Below are positions 38,314-48,342 of a stretch of 64,000 nucleotides of DNA, in pieces. The stretch's first letter is position 1. The number at the start of each line of letters is the position of its first letter. The stretch spans positions 27,787 through 91,786 of the forward strand of contig JAHZIE010000002.1 in the NCBI GenBank assembly GCA_019419895.1, read 5' to 3'. Both the position numbers and the translations under genes were made by a program. The DNA is from Clostridiales bacterium (GTDB lineage: Bacteria; Bacillota; Clostridia; Oscillospirales; Acutalibacteraceae). A model generated the notes under the pieces. The model saw only the letters and a list, made by a program, of their open reading frames with translations. It ran no database searches and had not been told where the DNA came from.

Positions 38314-38513
38314 GATTATCATCCTTTATCTTTGATTTTATTAAGCAGCCGCTTTTTGTCTCTGAAGAAGGCGCGTTTCTTATAGAATATTGTATCATAC
38401 CGGGATGGGAAAACAAATAAAAATTTCCCCATAAATTGCGGCTTGCTATAGCTATTCCAAAAAAGATATGCTATGATACAGAACAGAAACCTGTCATCCA
38501 AAGGAGGAGTTTT

Positions 38514-38858
38514 ATGCCGTGTATTGAAATGAAGGTTAACATCCCTGTAACGGAAGAAAAGGAAAGGGCGGTTAAGACTGAGCTTGGAAAGGCGATTGCC
38601 ATCCTGCCGGGAAAATCGGAGCAATGGCTGATGGTGACGGTAGAACCGGAAACCACGGTTTATTTTCAGGGAAAAAAGGATAGCCCCCTGGCTTTTGTCG
38701 CTGTCAGCCTTTTTGGAAAGGCCGACGGCGGGGAATATGACAGGCTGACAGGAGAGATCTGCAGAATCTGTCAGGAAATCCTTGGAATACGACCGGAAAA
38801 CGTCTATGTAAAATATGAGGAAATTCAGTATTGGGGCTGGAACGGCCGTAATTTTTAG
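38514..38858 (+). CDS. MIF / phenylpyruvate tautomerase family protein (tautomerase superfamily, Pro-1)
   Basis: 114 aa starting MPCIEMKVN (Pro immediately after Met). It aligns from memory with MIF along its length (GK...V.V.P, LGI.P..VY, GWNG..F). AAGGAGG lies 6 nt upstream. Confidence 0.78.
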   Translation: MPCIEMKVNIPVTEEKERAVKTELGKAIAILPGKSEQWLMVTVEPETTVYFQGKKDSPLAFVAVSLFGKADGGEYDRLTGEICRICQEILGIRPENVYVKYEEIQYWGWNGRNF

Positions 38859-38912
38859 GTGCCAGAAGCCTTGCAGGGCCTGGAAAACTGGAAAAGAAGA
38901 AAGGCAGGAATC

Positions 38913-41252
38913 ATGATGGTCGAAACACAGCTGCGGATTTACGAGGTGCCGCAGGGATTGGAGAGCAAAAGCGGATATGCCGTGACAGTGAACGGCAGGC
39001 CTTTGGGATTATATGACGCCAAGGTGCTGTTTCCGCCTTTTCAGTATGTAAAAAGGGCTCCTTTCGGGCTGTTTGATTTTGAGGGGGAAGCGGTGATTGA
39101 AATTACCCCTCCCGTTGAGGTCCGACAGGTGGATATCCGCCCCAAATCCCGGAAAATTCCCTTTGAGCTCAGGGAGGGGAAAATCAGGATTGTGCTGACG
39201 CGCCCGGAAAAATTTTCCGTGGAGCTCAACGGCGGGATAGAGTATGCCCTTCATCTGTTTGCCAATCCTCTGGAGAGGTGGCGGCCGGAGCCGGACGGGA
39301 AGGACGTTATCTATTTTGCGCCCGGCGTCCATCATATCGGGGACTATGAAATCCCCAGCGGAAAAACGGTTTATCTGGCTGGCGGCGCCTATGTCTACGG
39401 CAAGCTGATCACGGAGAAGGACTCGGAAAACATCCGCATTTTTGGACGTGGAATTCTGGACGGCCGGGACAACGAGCGGGGCGGCCTGAGAACGGTGGAG
39501 CTGCAGTTTACAAGAGACGCCTATCTGGAGGGCATCACCATTGTTGACGCTCCCAACTGGACCTGCCGCGTTTTCGGCAGCGACAGGGTGAACATTTATA
39601 ATGTGAACATCTTTGGCTGGCGGGGCAACACCGACGGCGTGGACGTCTGCGGCTCCCGCCATGTGGATGTTTCGGGAATGTTCATCCGGAACTGGGACGA
39701 CGCCCTGGCGGTGAAGGCCTTTAACACCGGGGATGTGGATGAGGTTTATTTCCATGACTGCATTGTCTGGAACGATTTCGCCCGTCCCATTGAGGTAGGG
39801 TATGAGAACAGCGCCGACCGTATCCACAACGTCCGTTACCGGGATATCGACATCATCCATTCCATGTCCGGCTATCCCCTGATCGGAATCCACCAGGGGG
39901 ACAGGGCGGAAATTTACGATATCCTTTTTGAGAATATCCGGGTGGAGGACGCCCTGGGAGGCCAATTCATCGATCTGCGCATAAAGCCCTCGGCCTGGAA
40001 CGCGGACGGACGGACGGGAAGAATTCACGGCGTTACCTTCCGGAATATTTATCTGAACGGAAAGCCGGGACTGGATAAGCTCCCTGAAAAATCCCGCATT
40101 GAGGGCTACAGTGAGACAAGTACCATAGAAGATATTGTCTTTGACAATGTTTACATCAGCGGCAGGCGGATCACCTCCGCGGAGGAATGCGGTCTTAACT
40201 GCCTGGCATATACAAAGAATATCCGGTTCCTTCCGCCGGCGGAGCCTGTCCCGGAAGAGGAACTTTTGGTTCCGGTTCAGACAGAGCTGAAAATTCTTTC
40301 TTCCGTCCTGGGGGATCATGGCATTTATGACGTCACGGCGGTTGTCACCGCGAGAAACTGCTCGGAAAAGGATCGGGCAAAAGGGGAATTCTGGGTGGAG
40401 GCCTATCCCAAGACCGAATGCGCCGGTTTGGAAAATGGGGCGATCTCTTATGACTTGAATCCGGGAGAAAAGCTGGAAAGGCGGCTTTCCTTCTCCCTGC
40501 GGTCGGGAAAATACTTTGTGACAACCCAGTCGAAAATCATTGATGTGAAACTGGATTGGACCCTTTTGGAGCTGGAAACCCCGGTTCCGGAGCTGGAAAG
40601 CCCCGATAGGGCGTCCTTGGAGGAGTTTTCACGCTCCGCTTCCCAGGAGTTTTATAATCTTCAGGGGGAAAAGGCTGGGGGAATAACTGTCGCCCGCAGC
40701 GGCGGCTCACTGCTGATCGGCGGGGAAATTTTTGACCGCGCGGGGGCGGACGACGGCTTTCAGCCGGTGGTTGACGACCCGGATATGGTGTATTCCTGTC
40801 TGAACGTGCCGAAAAAAGAAGCGTGCATTGATATTTACGTCAGCGAGAAAAATCCGCCGGCGCAGGGGGAGGTTATGTTCCTGATTCCGGAAACAGGCTT
40901 TGGAGAGACGACCGCCCTGCAAATGGGCGGGGACGGGCCGGTGGTTGCGTCGGAGCTGCGAAATATCGCGGAAATTACCTATGTCTTTAAAAATCAGCCC
41001 AAGGTTCGCGGAATCTGCCATATTTCCCTGGATCCGGCTAAGATAGGGGAGCGCACCGAAAAGGGCTACCGCTTTTTCGCCTCCTTTCCCATGGAACAGC
41101 TTGGCATTGCCCCGGGGCAGGAGGAATTTTTGATGGAGCTGGTGGTGAATACGGTTTTGCCCGGCGCCGATCATTTTGACTCAGTGGCCATGTACCATTC
41201 CCTCCGTCCGGAAAGCTGCGTGCAGATGTTCGGCAGATACCGTCTGGTATAG
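38913..41252 (+). CDS. Beta-helix glycoside hydrolase, GH28-like, with a large C-terminal extension
   Basis: GWRGNTDGVDVCGSRHVDVSGMFIRNWDDALAVKA resembles the NTDG...DD..A.K catalytic region of GH28 enzymes. No signal peptide is seen. The start is uncertain (38859-38916). Confidence 0.58.
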   Translation: MMVETQLRIYEVPQGLESKSGYAVTVNGRPLGLYDAKVLFPPFQYVKRAPFGLFDFEGEAVIEITPPVEVRQVDIRPKSRKIPFELREGKIRIVLTRPEKFSVELNGGIEYALHLFANPLERWRPEPDGKDVIYFAPGVHHIGDYEIPSGKTVYLAGGAYVYGKLITEKDSENIRIFGRGILDGRDNERGGLRTVELQFTRDAYLEGITIVDAPNWTCRVFGSDRVNIYNVNIFGWRGNTDGVDVCGSRHVDVSGMFIRNWDDALAVKAFNTGDVDEVYFHDCIVWNDFARPIEVGYENSADRIHNVRYRDIDIIHSMSGYPLIGIHQGDRAEIYDILFENIRVEDALGGQFIDLRIKPSAWNADGRTGRIHGVTFRNIYLNGKPGLDKLPEKSRIEGYSETSTIEDIVFDNVYISGRRITSAEECGLNCLAYTKNIRFLPPAEPVPEEELLVPVQTELKILSSVLGDHGIYDVTAVVTARNCSEKDRAKGEFWVEAYPKTECAGLENGAISYDLNPGEKLERRLSFSLRSGKYFVTTQSKIIDVKLDWTLLELETPVPELESPDRASLEEFSRSASQEFYNLQGEKAGGITVARSGGSLLIGGEIFDRAGADDGFQPVVDDPDMVYSCLNVPKKEACIDIYVSEKNPPAQGEVMFLIPETGFGETTALQMGGDGPVVASELRNIAEITYVFKNQPKVRGICHISLDPAKIGERTEKGYRFFASFPMEQLGIAPGQEEFLMELVVNTVLPGADHFDSVAMYHSLRPESCVQMFGRYRLV

Positions 41253-41351
41253 CGAGAAGCTTCTTTGAGACGGGGCTGCTGTTCAGGAAGGCCTCCATTT
41301 TGCAAAGACGTTTTGTAACAATCGAAACCGCCCATTGAGCGGGCGGCTTAC

Positions 41352-41392
41352 ACAGGTTCTATGAGAGGAATTCCCATGGAACCTGTTTTTTT
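41352..41392 (+). terminator. Rho-independent terminator after the GH28-like gene
   Basis: ACAGGTTC / GAACCTGT stem followed by T7. Confidence 0.7.
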
Positions 41393-41786
41393 AGCCCTTG
41401 GGTCCAGGCGTCAAAATTCCGGCGTTTTTATGGTGATATCAGGATTTTAAGGACCCCTCTGATTTGAGTTTTTAAGAAGGGAGGAGAAGTTTAAAACGGA
41501 TTTCCCGCCAGGGCTGTTTTTCAAAAGGGAGAAGTGTGAAAATGTCCCCTCCGCTTTTTCTGCTTCCCAAAGGCCTTTTAGGCTGAAAAAGCCAGGGAAG
41601 AAAAGGGAAAACCGTGGCGGAAGGATAAGTATAACCCTCCATCCGTCCATCGTAAAGAGGGGCCTTCGCGGGCATTTTGACATGATTTTAGGAGGATGCC
41701 CCGGAATTTGGGGTTATCGGCAGAGGAAAAGGGGGACGGATTGTCGGCGGCAGGGAAAGAAGGGGAAGGTCAATCCATGAGACCGA

Positions 41787-41815
41787 TTGACAGGAATTTT
41801 GAAACATGCTACAGT
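41787..41815 (+). promoter_or_regulatory. Candidate promoter of the two-component operon
   Basis: TTGACA (41787-41792), a 17-nt spacer, then TACAGT (41810-41815). Confidence 0.4.
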
Positions 41816-41870
41816 TAAAATGGTAATTTGTACAAATTTTCGGAAATTTATTTTGCGGAGAGGGATCCCT

Positions 41871-42944
41871 ATGTATCAATTTATTATTGTGGATGATGAA
41901 GAAATTATCCGTAAAGGGTTAGCTAAATTCTTTGACTGGTATTCCATGGGCTTTGAGCTTGTGGGACAGTTTGAGGACGGCAGGGACGCGATTGAATTTC
42001 TGGAACAGCGCCCGGTGGATGTTGTGTTGACGGATGTCCGCATGTATGAGGTTTCAGGACTTGAATTGGCCGGTTATATCGCCGACCGGCATCCTCAGAT
42101 TAAGGTGATCATCCTCAGCGGATACCGGGAATTTGAATACGCCAAGCAGGCCATGAGCTACGGCGTGTGTGATTATATCCTCAAGCCGGTCAGCAGGGAG
42201 GAGCTGTATAAGGCGTTTATGCGGCTGCGGGAGGTTTTGGATAAGAACCGGGAGGAGATGAGCGCAGCCTCCCTCCCCTTCTCCCATTATGGGGATAAGG
42301 CCTATGAGCGGATTCTTTCCTGCAACAACAGACTGGTGGCCGCGGTGATGGCTGGGAACGCCGATGAGGTTTACAAGGCGCATGAGGAATGGTTCTCCTT
42401 ATTGGAGGATTCTCCGTCGGAGGTTTTGTTTTTTGTGATTTCCAACGTGATTGAGGAAATTTACATCCGGTTTTCCCAAATGGGAATTCTGCTTGACGAG
42501 GATCTCCAGAAGGAGAAGGTGTTTTCCCGGCTGGGAGAGATCTCCATTCCTGAGCTGTTTTCCGTCACCGGCCAGCTGCTGCTGCGGTTCTGTCATTTTT
42601 TATCTGAAAAAAAGGAAAGCTCGGAGGAAAGTATGATCCTCAGGGCAAAGCAGTATATTGAGGATCACCTGGCGGAAAATTTTTCTATTGAGGATATCGC
42701 GAAAAGTGTTTTTCTGAGCAGCAGCTATTTTTCAAGGGAATTTAAAAGCCATACGGGTCAGAATGTGATCGACTACATTATCGATCGCAGGATGAAACGG
42801 GCGATGGAGCTTCTCAGAGAGGGGAAATACAACGCCAATGAGATCAGCGCTATGGTCGGGTATGCCGACTCGAAATATTTTTACCGTTCTTTTAAGAAGC
42901 ATACAGGTTTCACAGTGAGACAGTACCAGAAGATGATCCATTGA
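41871..42944 (+). CDS. Response regulator with AraC-type HTH output domain (YesN-like)
   Basis: IIVDDEEIIRKGL and DVVLTDVRMYEVSGLEL form the receiver domain. The C-terminal part is an AraC HTH (YSDSKYF-type: GYADSKYFYRSFKKHTG). Confidence 0.9.
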   Translation: MYQFIIVDDEEIIRKGLAKFFDWYSMGFELVGQFEDGRDAIEFLEQRPVDVVLTDVRMYEVSGLELAGYIADRHPQIKVIILSGYREFEYAKQAMSYGVCDYILKPVSREELYKAFMRLREVLDKNREEMSAASLPFSHYGDKAYERILSCNNRLVAAVMAGNADEVYKAHEEWFSLLEDSPSEVLFFVISNVIEEIYIRFSQMGILLDEDLQKEKVFSRLGEISIPELFSVTGQLLLRFCHFLSEKKESSEESMILRAKQYIEDHLAENFSIEDIAKSVFLSSSYFSREFKSHTGQNVIDYIIDRRMKRAMELLREGKYNANEISAMVGYADSKYFYRSFKKHTGFTVRQYQKMIH

Positions 42945-42965
42945 GGTCAATGGAAGAGAAGAAGG

Positions 42966-44825
42966 GTGTTTTTGGTGGGGATAAAGCCGTACAAAAGGTT
43001 GAAAAAAGCGCGCTCCTGGAAAATATGGCAATATTTGAAGAATTATAAATTCAACAGCATCCTGCTGAGAAATTTCGCCATTATCATTATATTGGTGGTT
43101 TTGCCCAGCTGCACGCTGAGCTTTATTTACAGCCATAATACCAAATCCATTCTGCGGGAGGAAGTCAGTTCGGAGAATATGAATACCCTTTACCGCAGCT
43201 CGGATATGCTGGAAAGCACCCTGAACCAGATGAAACGGTTCTGCTATAATCTTTCGGTGGAGCAGGATACCCGGCTTTTCATCTTTTCCAATAAAAATGA
43301 GATGGTGGAGTCGGGGCTGGGGGAAAGAATTATAGAAAAGATCACTATGTATAAGCTGATGTATGACTATATTGATTCCATCTACCTGTATTCCGAGCAG
43401 ACGGGGCTGGTGGTTTATCAGGGGGAAATCGTCTCGCTCAATGAAGTGCCGGACAAGTCCTGGGCCTATGCCTATATAGGCATGAAGGATGGGGAATATC
43501 AGATTCAGTCGAGAAGGAAAAATGAAAAATATCCTTATCTTTTATCCCTTATCTGCCCGATCAACAACGGCTATTCCACCAATATCGGGGCGGTGGTGGT
43601 CAACATTGATGTGGAAAAGCTGGGGGCTCTCATCAACAGCAACGGCCGCATTACGCAGGAACTTCTGATTTTGGATGACAGCGGCGCCCTCTATTACAGC
43701 AGCGACAGGAGTATGCTGGATCATCCTGACGAGGCTATGCGCGCCCTGTCTTTTCTCAAGGAGAGCCGGGGGGATTTTTCTGAAATCAGAAAGATCGGGG
43801 ATCAGGAATGGATTGTATCCTGCGTAACCTCCAGACTCCAGCCGTGGAAGTATGTCCTTTTGAGCCCAATCTCCTATTACGAGGGGAAATTTGACAGTCT
43901 GGCCGCCTTTATGGTGGAAACTGCCGCCATTGTAGTTGTCCTGGGACTTATTGTGTCCTATCTAATCACCCTGCGCTCCTTTCAGCCGGTGAGCAGCATT
44001 ATGGCCGTCATTGGACAGAATCCAGTGGGAAAGAGCTATGTTTCAGGTGAAAACTACAGGAATGAGATACAGTATATCACCAGTATGGTGCGCCATACCC
44101 AGGAAAAGAACAGCACCCTTCAGATGGAACTGGACGAAAGAATGGAGAAATTGAATAATTCCCAGCTTCTCGCCCTGCAAAGCCAGATCGATCCTCATTT
44201 TCTTTACAACACCCTGGACACCATCAGCTGGATGGCTATCGACGATATGGGAGGGGAAAACCGGGTTTCGGAAATGATCAGCGCCCTTGCCCAGCTGCTG
44301 CGCATCGGACTGGAGCGCAGCAATTACCTTGTCCCGGTGGAAAAGGAAGTTGAGCACGCCAAGCAGTATGTGAAAATCCTGGAGCTGAGATATACCGACA
44401 AACTCAAGGTCTACTGGGATATCAGCCCTGACATTTTGGAGTGCATGATGGTCAGGCTGTCCATACAGCCGCTTGTGGAAAACTCCATCAGCCATGGCCT
44501 GAGGGCAAAGCGGTATGAGGGGACCATCCGGATCAGCGGCCGTCTTATCGAAGATATGGTGGTTATTTCCGTTGAGGACAACGGAGTCGGAATGACAGAA
44601 GAGAAAATACAGGAGCTCAATCAGGAGCTTCGCAGGGAGTATAATCTGGACAGCGATCATATCGGCGTCAGAAATGTCAACCAGCGTATGAAGCTTCTGT
44701 TTGGAGAGAAGTCCGGGATTATTGTCAGCGCCCGGGAGAACGGCGGCGGTGTGGCGGTTACGATGATATTCCCACGGCAGCCTCTCCGGACGATGGAACA
44801 GCATGAAAATCATCAAAACAGCTGA
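42966..44825 (+). CDS. Sensor histidine kinase (YesM-like; two TM helices, His_kinase and HATPase_c domains)
   Basis: QIDPHFLYNTLDTISW is the H-box and VEDNGVGM the N/G-box region. The start is uncertain within about 10 nt (GTG/TTG). Confidence 0.88.
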   Translation: MFLVGIKPYKRLKKARSWKIWQYLKNYKFNSILLRNFAIIIILVVLPSCTLSFIYSHNTKSILREEVSSENMNTLYRSSDMLESTLNQMKRFCYNLSVEQDTRLFIFSNKNEMVESGLGERIIEKITMYKLMYDYIDSIYLYSEQTGLVVYQGEIVSLNEVPDKSWAYAYIGMKDGEYQIQSRRKNEKYPYLLSLICPINNGYSTNIGAVVVNIDVEKLGALINSNGRITQELLILDDSGALYYSSDRSMLDHPDEAMRALSFLKESRGDFSEIRKIGDQEWIVSCVTSRLQPWKYVLLSPISYYEGKFDSLAAFMVETAAIVVVLGLIVSYLITLRSFQPVSSIMAVIGQNPVGKSYVSGENYRNEIQYITSMVRHTQEKNSTLQMELDERMEKLNNSQLLALQSQIDPHFLYNTLDTISWMAIDDMGGENRVSEMISALAQLLRIGLERSNYLVPVEKEVEHAKQYVKILELRYTDKLKVYWDISPDILECMMVRLSIQPLVENSISHGLRAKRYEGTIRISGRLIEDMVVISVEDNGVGMTEEKIQELNQELRREYNLDSDHIGVRNVNQRMKLLFGEKSGIIVSARENGGGVAVTMIFPRQPLRTMEQHENHQNS

Positions 44826-44857
44826 TATCGGCGCGGCCGTTCAGCGGAAAAGAAGGG

Positions 44858-47734
44858 ATGGGAATGGATGCCATGATAGAACGCCATTTTTCAAAGATGT
44901 CCCGCTATATTTGGGGGCGGGAGGCAAAGGAGTATGACTGGAGGCTGTTCCGCAGCGTGTTTCAGGCAGACAGAACCGCAGGGCTGACCCTGCTTTTTAC
45001 CTCTGGTGATGACAGTGTGGTTTATGTCAATGGAACGCTTGTCTGTCGGCAGCCAAAGAGATCTTTTGATTATGAACAGGGCTTTTATGAGGTGGATTTG
45101 GAGCGTTTTGCCAGCCCCGGGACCAATGTTCTGGTCGTCATGGGATGCCGGATGAGGAATTATGGAATCAGGGCCGAGGTTGTGCAGGGGGATACCGTTG
45201 TGGCAGCTACAGGGGATTCCTGGAAAACGCGGCTACACCCCTGTTACCGCAACGGCGCCCTTTGCTGTTCTCCTCCCCTGGAGCCAATGCGCCATATGGA
45301 AGAACAATATGACGCGTCAGGGGAAGAGGATTGGCACAGCGCCGGATATGACGACAGCGACTGGGAGGGCTGCTTGGTTGTAGACGGCTTGGAGGGCGTG
45401 CCTTCCGGGCTGAGAAAACAGGCCGACGAACAGCTGTCGGACGATCTTATCCTTCCCAAAGGCGTATGCCTTTCCATGTGGAGCAGTCCGGAGAAAGGGC
45501 ATTATTTCCGGCTGGAAGGAGAAAATACCGTCAAAAAACGGTTTTATATCGCCAGGCTTATGGCGGAGGCCGCCGGAGAGGCGGAGCTCTGCCCGGCAGG
45601 GAGCTTTCTGCTCAATGGAAAGGAGTCCGGCTCCCGGCTTTCCCTTTGCCGCGGGGAAAACCTGCTGGTCATATGCAGCTCCTTTGGAGAGCTTGAGGGG
45701 AAGCTTTGTGCCTCCATCCCCGTTCATATCGCGGAATGGAATATGATGGAGGAGGAAAATCAGGGCATCCCCAATGCTTGGAATACTCCGGCCTCGGAGG
45801 AGGAAGGGGAATCCCAAATTTACCGGGCGCTGTTAGGAATTTCCTCCTGGGAAGAACTGAAGGGCAGATTTGGGGAAAGTCTGCGGCGGATCGAAGAAAA
45901 GGAGCCCAGCGCCGGCTTTTGCATGGCGCATCAGTCTTACCGCGTGGCGGATGGATGCTTCGCGCCCATTGGGGTGGCGGATGACGCCGCCCGGGAGGAG
46001 CTTCCCCGTCCCCTTCTTCATCCGGAGTATATGCTTCATCAGGGCAGCCAGTACGGCGTGGCGCGGGGATTGGAAGGAAAAAGCAATACCTTTGTTTTGG
46101 ATTTTGAGGATATTTATCTGGGGTATGTCACCTTTTCCCTATGGGCGAAAAAGGGGACGCGGCTGGATATCGCCGGCTTTGAGTCGATAGACGAAGGCGG
46201 CGTCGTCTGGATGGGGGGCAACAGCATGCGGTATCTCTGCCGTGATGGATGGCAGGAGTATACGGCGGTGGTGCCCCGGGGCTTTCGGTATCTCGCGGTG
46301 TCTGTCAGCGGCGGCGCGGAACCGGTGAGGATCAATTATTTCGGCGTCCGGCATAATGTCTGCGCCATAGGCAACGTGGGAACGTTCCGCTGCACTGAGG
46401 AAAAATGGAACCGTATTTTTTCTATCTCCCGCCGGACAGCGGAGCTCTGCATGAAGGACACCTATGTGGACTGTCCCGGCTATGAACAGGTTTATTGGGT
46501 GGGGGACGCCATGATTACCGCCCTGGTCAATCTCACCTGTTTCGGGCAGTACCGTTATGATCAATACTGCATTGATTTGACAGGGGAAAGCCTGAGCGAT
46601 CGCTTTTACGAAAGATTCCGCAGGGAATATGAGCTTTGTAAGAACGGGCGGTATCTCACCATGTGTGCGTACAGTGAGTTTGCCAGGGGAGGAATTCCCA
46701 TGTGGAGCTTTCTTTGGGCTGTCCAGTGTAAAAACCATTACCTGTATGGTGGGGACCGGGAGGAGCTTGCCAGGAATTATTCCTACTTACAGAAATTTGA
46801 GGAGAACTGCCGGAGATTCTTAAACAGCAGAAATCTGCTGGAAATTGAGGGAACCTTTAACCTGATGGACTGGGCGGACAACGATCTCCCCTCTTATGGA
46901 GAAGTGACCTCCAACAGCGCGTGGTATGCGGAGCTCTGCGCGATCGCGGCCTACTTCGCGCGGGAGCTGGGGGAGGATGACGGCTTTTACCTCCGCCAAA
47001 GGGAAAAGGTGAAGCAGGCGGTCAATGAGTGGTGCTGGTCAGAGAACATTGGCGGCTATGTGGATACGGTGCGGGACGGCTTCGCCTATGGGCGTTATCT
47101 GGATTACTGCCGTGGTACAGGGCAGGTCCCGGTTCCCGAGGCCCGCTTTTCCAACGCTTCGCGGGTCAGCCAGCAGACGAATACCATCGCCTACCTGTGC
47201 GGCTGTGTCCCCGCATCCCGTGAGAGAAGGGTGAAGGAGATCATCCGGTTGGCGCTGAAGGGCTCCCGGAGAGTCGGTACGCCCAAAAATGTGGGATATG
47301 AAAGGGGCAGTGAGGAAATTGTGCCGGTGGGTACCCCGTTTTTCCGCTTCTTTACCCTGGAAGCCCTGTTCCGTATGGGAGAGGGAAAGGCCGCGGCGGA
47401 GCTGATAGAAAAGGAATGGGGAGATATGCTGGATAAGGGGGCTACCACATGCTGGGAAACCTTCCTGAAGGAGGGCCCCCACTGGACCAGAAGCGTCTGT
47501 CATGCCTGGAGCGCTTCTCCGGCGGTCTTTGCTTTGCGGGAGCTGCTGGGAATACGCCCCCTCAAGGCTGGATTCCGTGAGTTTGAGGTCAGGCCAAAAA
47601 CAGATATGTTCCCGGAAATGGAGGGGAGTGTGGCAACCCCCTATGGTCCTATTTTTGTGAGGTGCCGCGGGGAGCGCGTTGAGGTGAAAGCGCCGGAAGA
47701 ATGTCATTTGGTGACCGCGGAGGGACGGCGCTGA
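44858..47734 (+). CDS. Six-hairpin (alpha/alpha)6 glycosidase, alpha-L-rhamnosidase (GH78)-like
   Basis: DCPGYEQVYWVGDA and the C-terminal TCWETF...SVCHAWSASP segments resemble the GH78 catalytic domain. The start may be 44864 or 44873. Confidence 0.65.
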   Translation: MGMDAMIERHFSKMSRYIWGREAKEYDWRLFRSVFQADRTAGLTLLFTSGDDSVVYVNGTLVCRQPKRSFDYEQGFYEVDLERFASPGTNVLVVMGCRMRNYGIRAEVVQGDTVVAATGDSWKTRLHPCYRNGALCCSPPLEPMRHMEEQYDASGEEDWHSAGYDDSDWEGCLVVDGLEGVPSGLRKQADEQLSDDLILPKGVCLSMWSSPEKGHYFRLEGENTVKKRFYIARLMAEAAGEAELCPAGSFLLNGKESGSRLSLCRGENLLVICSSFGELEGKLCASIPVHIAEWNMMEEENQGIPNAWNTPASEEEGESQIYRALLGISSWEELKGRFGESLRRIEEKEPSAGFCMAHQSYRVADGCFAPIGVADDAAREELPRPLLHPEYMLHQGSQYGVARGLEGKSNTFVLDFEDIYLGYVTFSLWAKKGTRLDIAGFESIDEGGVVWMGGNSMRYLCRDGWQEYTAVVPRGFRYLAVSVSGGAEPVRINYFGVRHNVCAIGNVGTFRCTEEKWNRIFSISRRTAELCMKDTYVDCPGYEQVYWVGDAMITALVNLTCFGQYRYDQYCIDLTGESLSDRFYERFRREYELCKNGRYLTMCAYSEFARGGIPMWSFLWAVQCKNHYLYGGDREELARNYSYLQKFEENCRRFLNSRNLLEIEGTFNLMDWADNDLPSYGEVTSNSAWYAELCAIAAYFARELGEDDGFYLRQREKVKQAVNEWCWSENIGGYVDTVRDGFAYGRYLDYCRGTGQVPVPEARFSNASRVSQQTNTIAYLCGCVPASRERRVKEIIRLALKGSRRVGTPKNVGYERGSEEIVPVGTPFFRFFTLEALFRMGEGKAAAELIEKEWGDMLDKGATTCWETFLKEGPHWTRSVCHAWSASPAVFALRELLGIRPLKAGFREFEVRPKTDMFPEMEGSVATPYGPIFVRCRGERVEVKAPEECHLVTAEGRR

Positions 47735-47985
47735 GTGGGATAGGAAACGGGCGCGACCGCCAGGGAGAAAAAGAAATGCGCTTTGTTTGCCAAACCTCCA
47801 TCGGGCTGGGAGCACGCGGGGAAGAGAAGCTGTGCTTCATTGGACTCCCAGCGGCCGCCGGAGGAGACTGACGGAGAGGAATATTCACATTGGAATAACA
47901 GGGGGCAGAGCCTTTATATTCTGCTGTTCCGCGGGGAAAATCCGGAAAAACAGGTAGCACATTTCCATGACGCCGCATAAGATGA

Positions 47986-48200
47986 AATGCGGGGCGGTAT
48001 CAAAGATGCCCCGCATTCCCCATGTACCATGCGGCTGCCTCCGGACGGCCGCGTGTTGATATAGACAGCCGGCAGAAGGCGGGCTTTTCTGCCGGCGATA
48101 ATAAAATTGATATGTGGGGAACAATACATGCCGACTCTTTGAATAAAATATTGCCCGCAGAATGGGGAACGCCGCGACGATTTTTCCGGCGTTCCCCATT
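47986..48200 (+). other. Three consecutive strong hairpins (10-, 10- and 14-bp perfect stems) in a 600-bp non-coding gap
   Basis: H1 is AATGCGGGGC (47986-47995) / GCCCCGCATT (48008-48017). H2 is GCCGGCAGAA (48068-48077) / TTCTGCCGGC (48087-48096). H3 is AATGGGGAACGCCG (48161-48174) / CGGCGTTCCCCATT (48187-48200). None has a clean U-tract. Confidence 0.7.
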
Positions 48201-48342
48201 TGTCGCGTATGCCGTGTACGGCGCTTCTGCCCATCCCCCGCGCGGAGCGGGGAAGCATGGAAAAGGAAGAAAACGGATTCGGGAGCTTGCCGGAAGCAGA
48301 AGGATGGTTTATCATAAAGGAAATCAAAAGGGGGAAAGAAGA

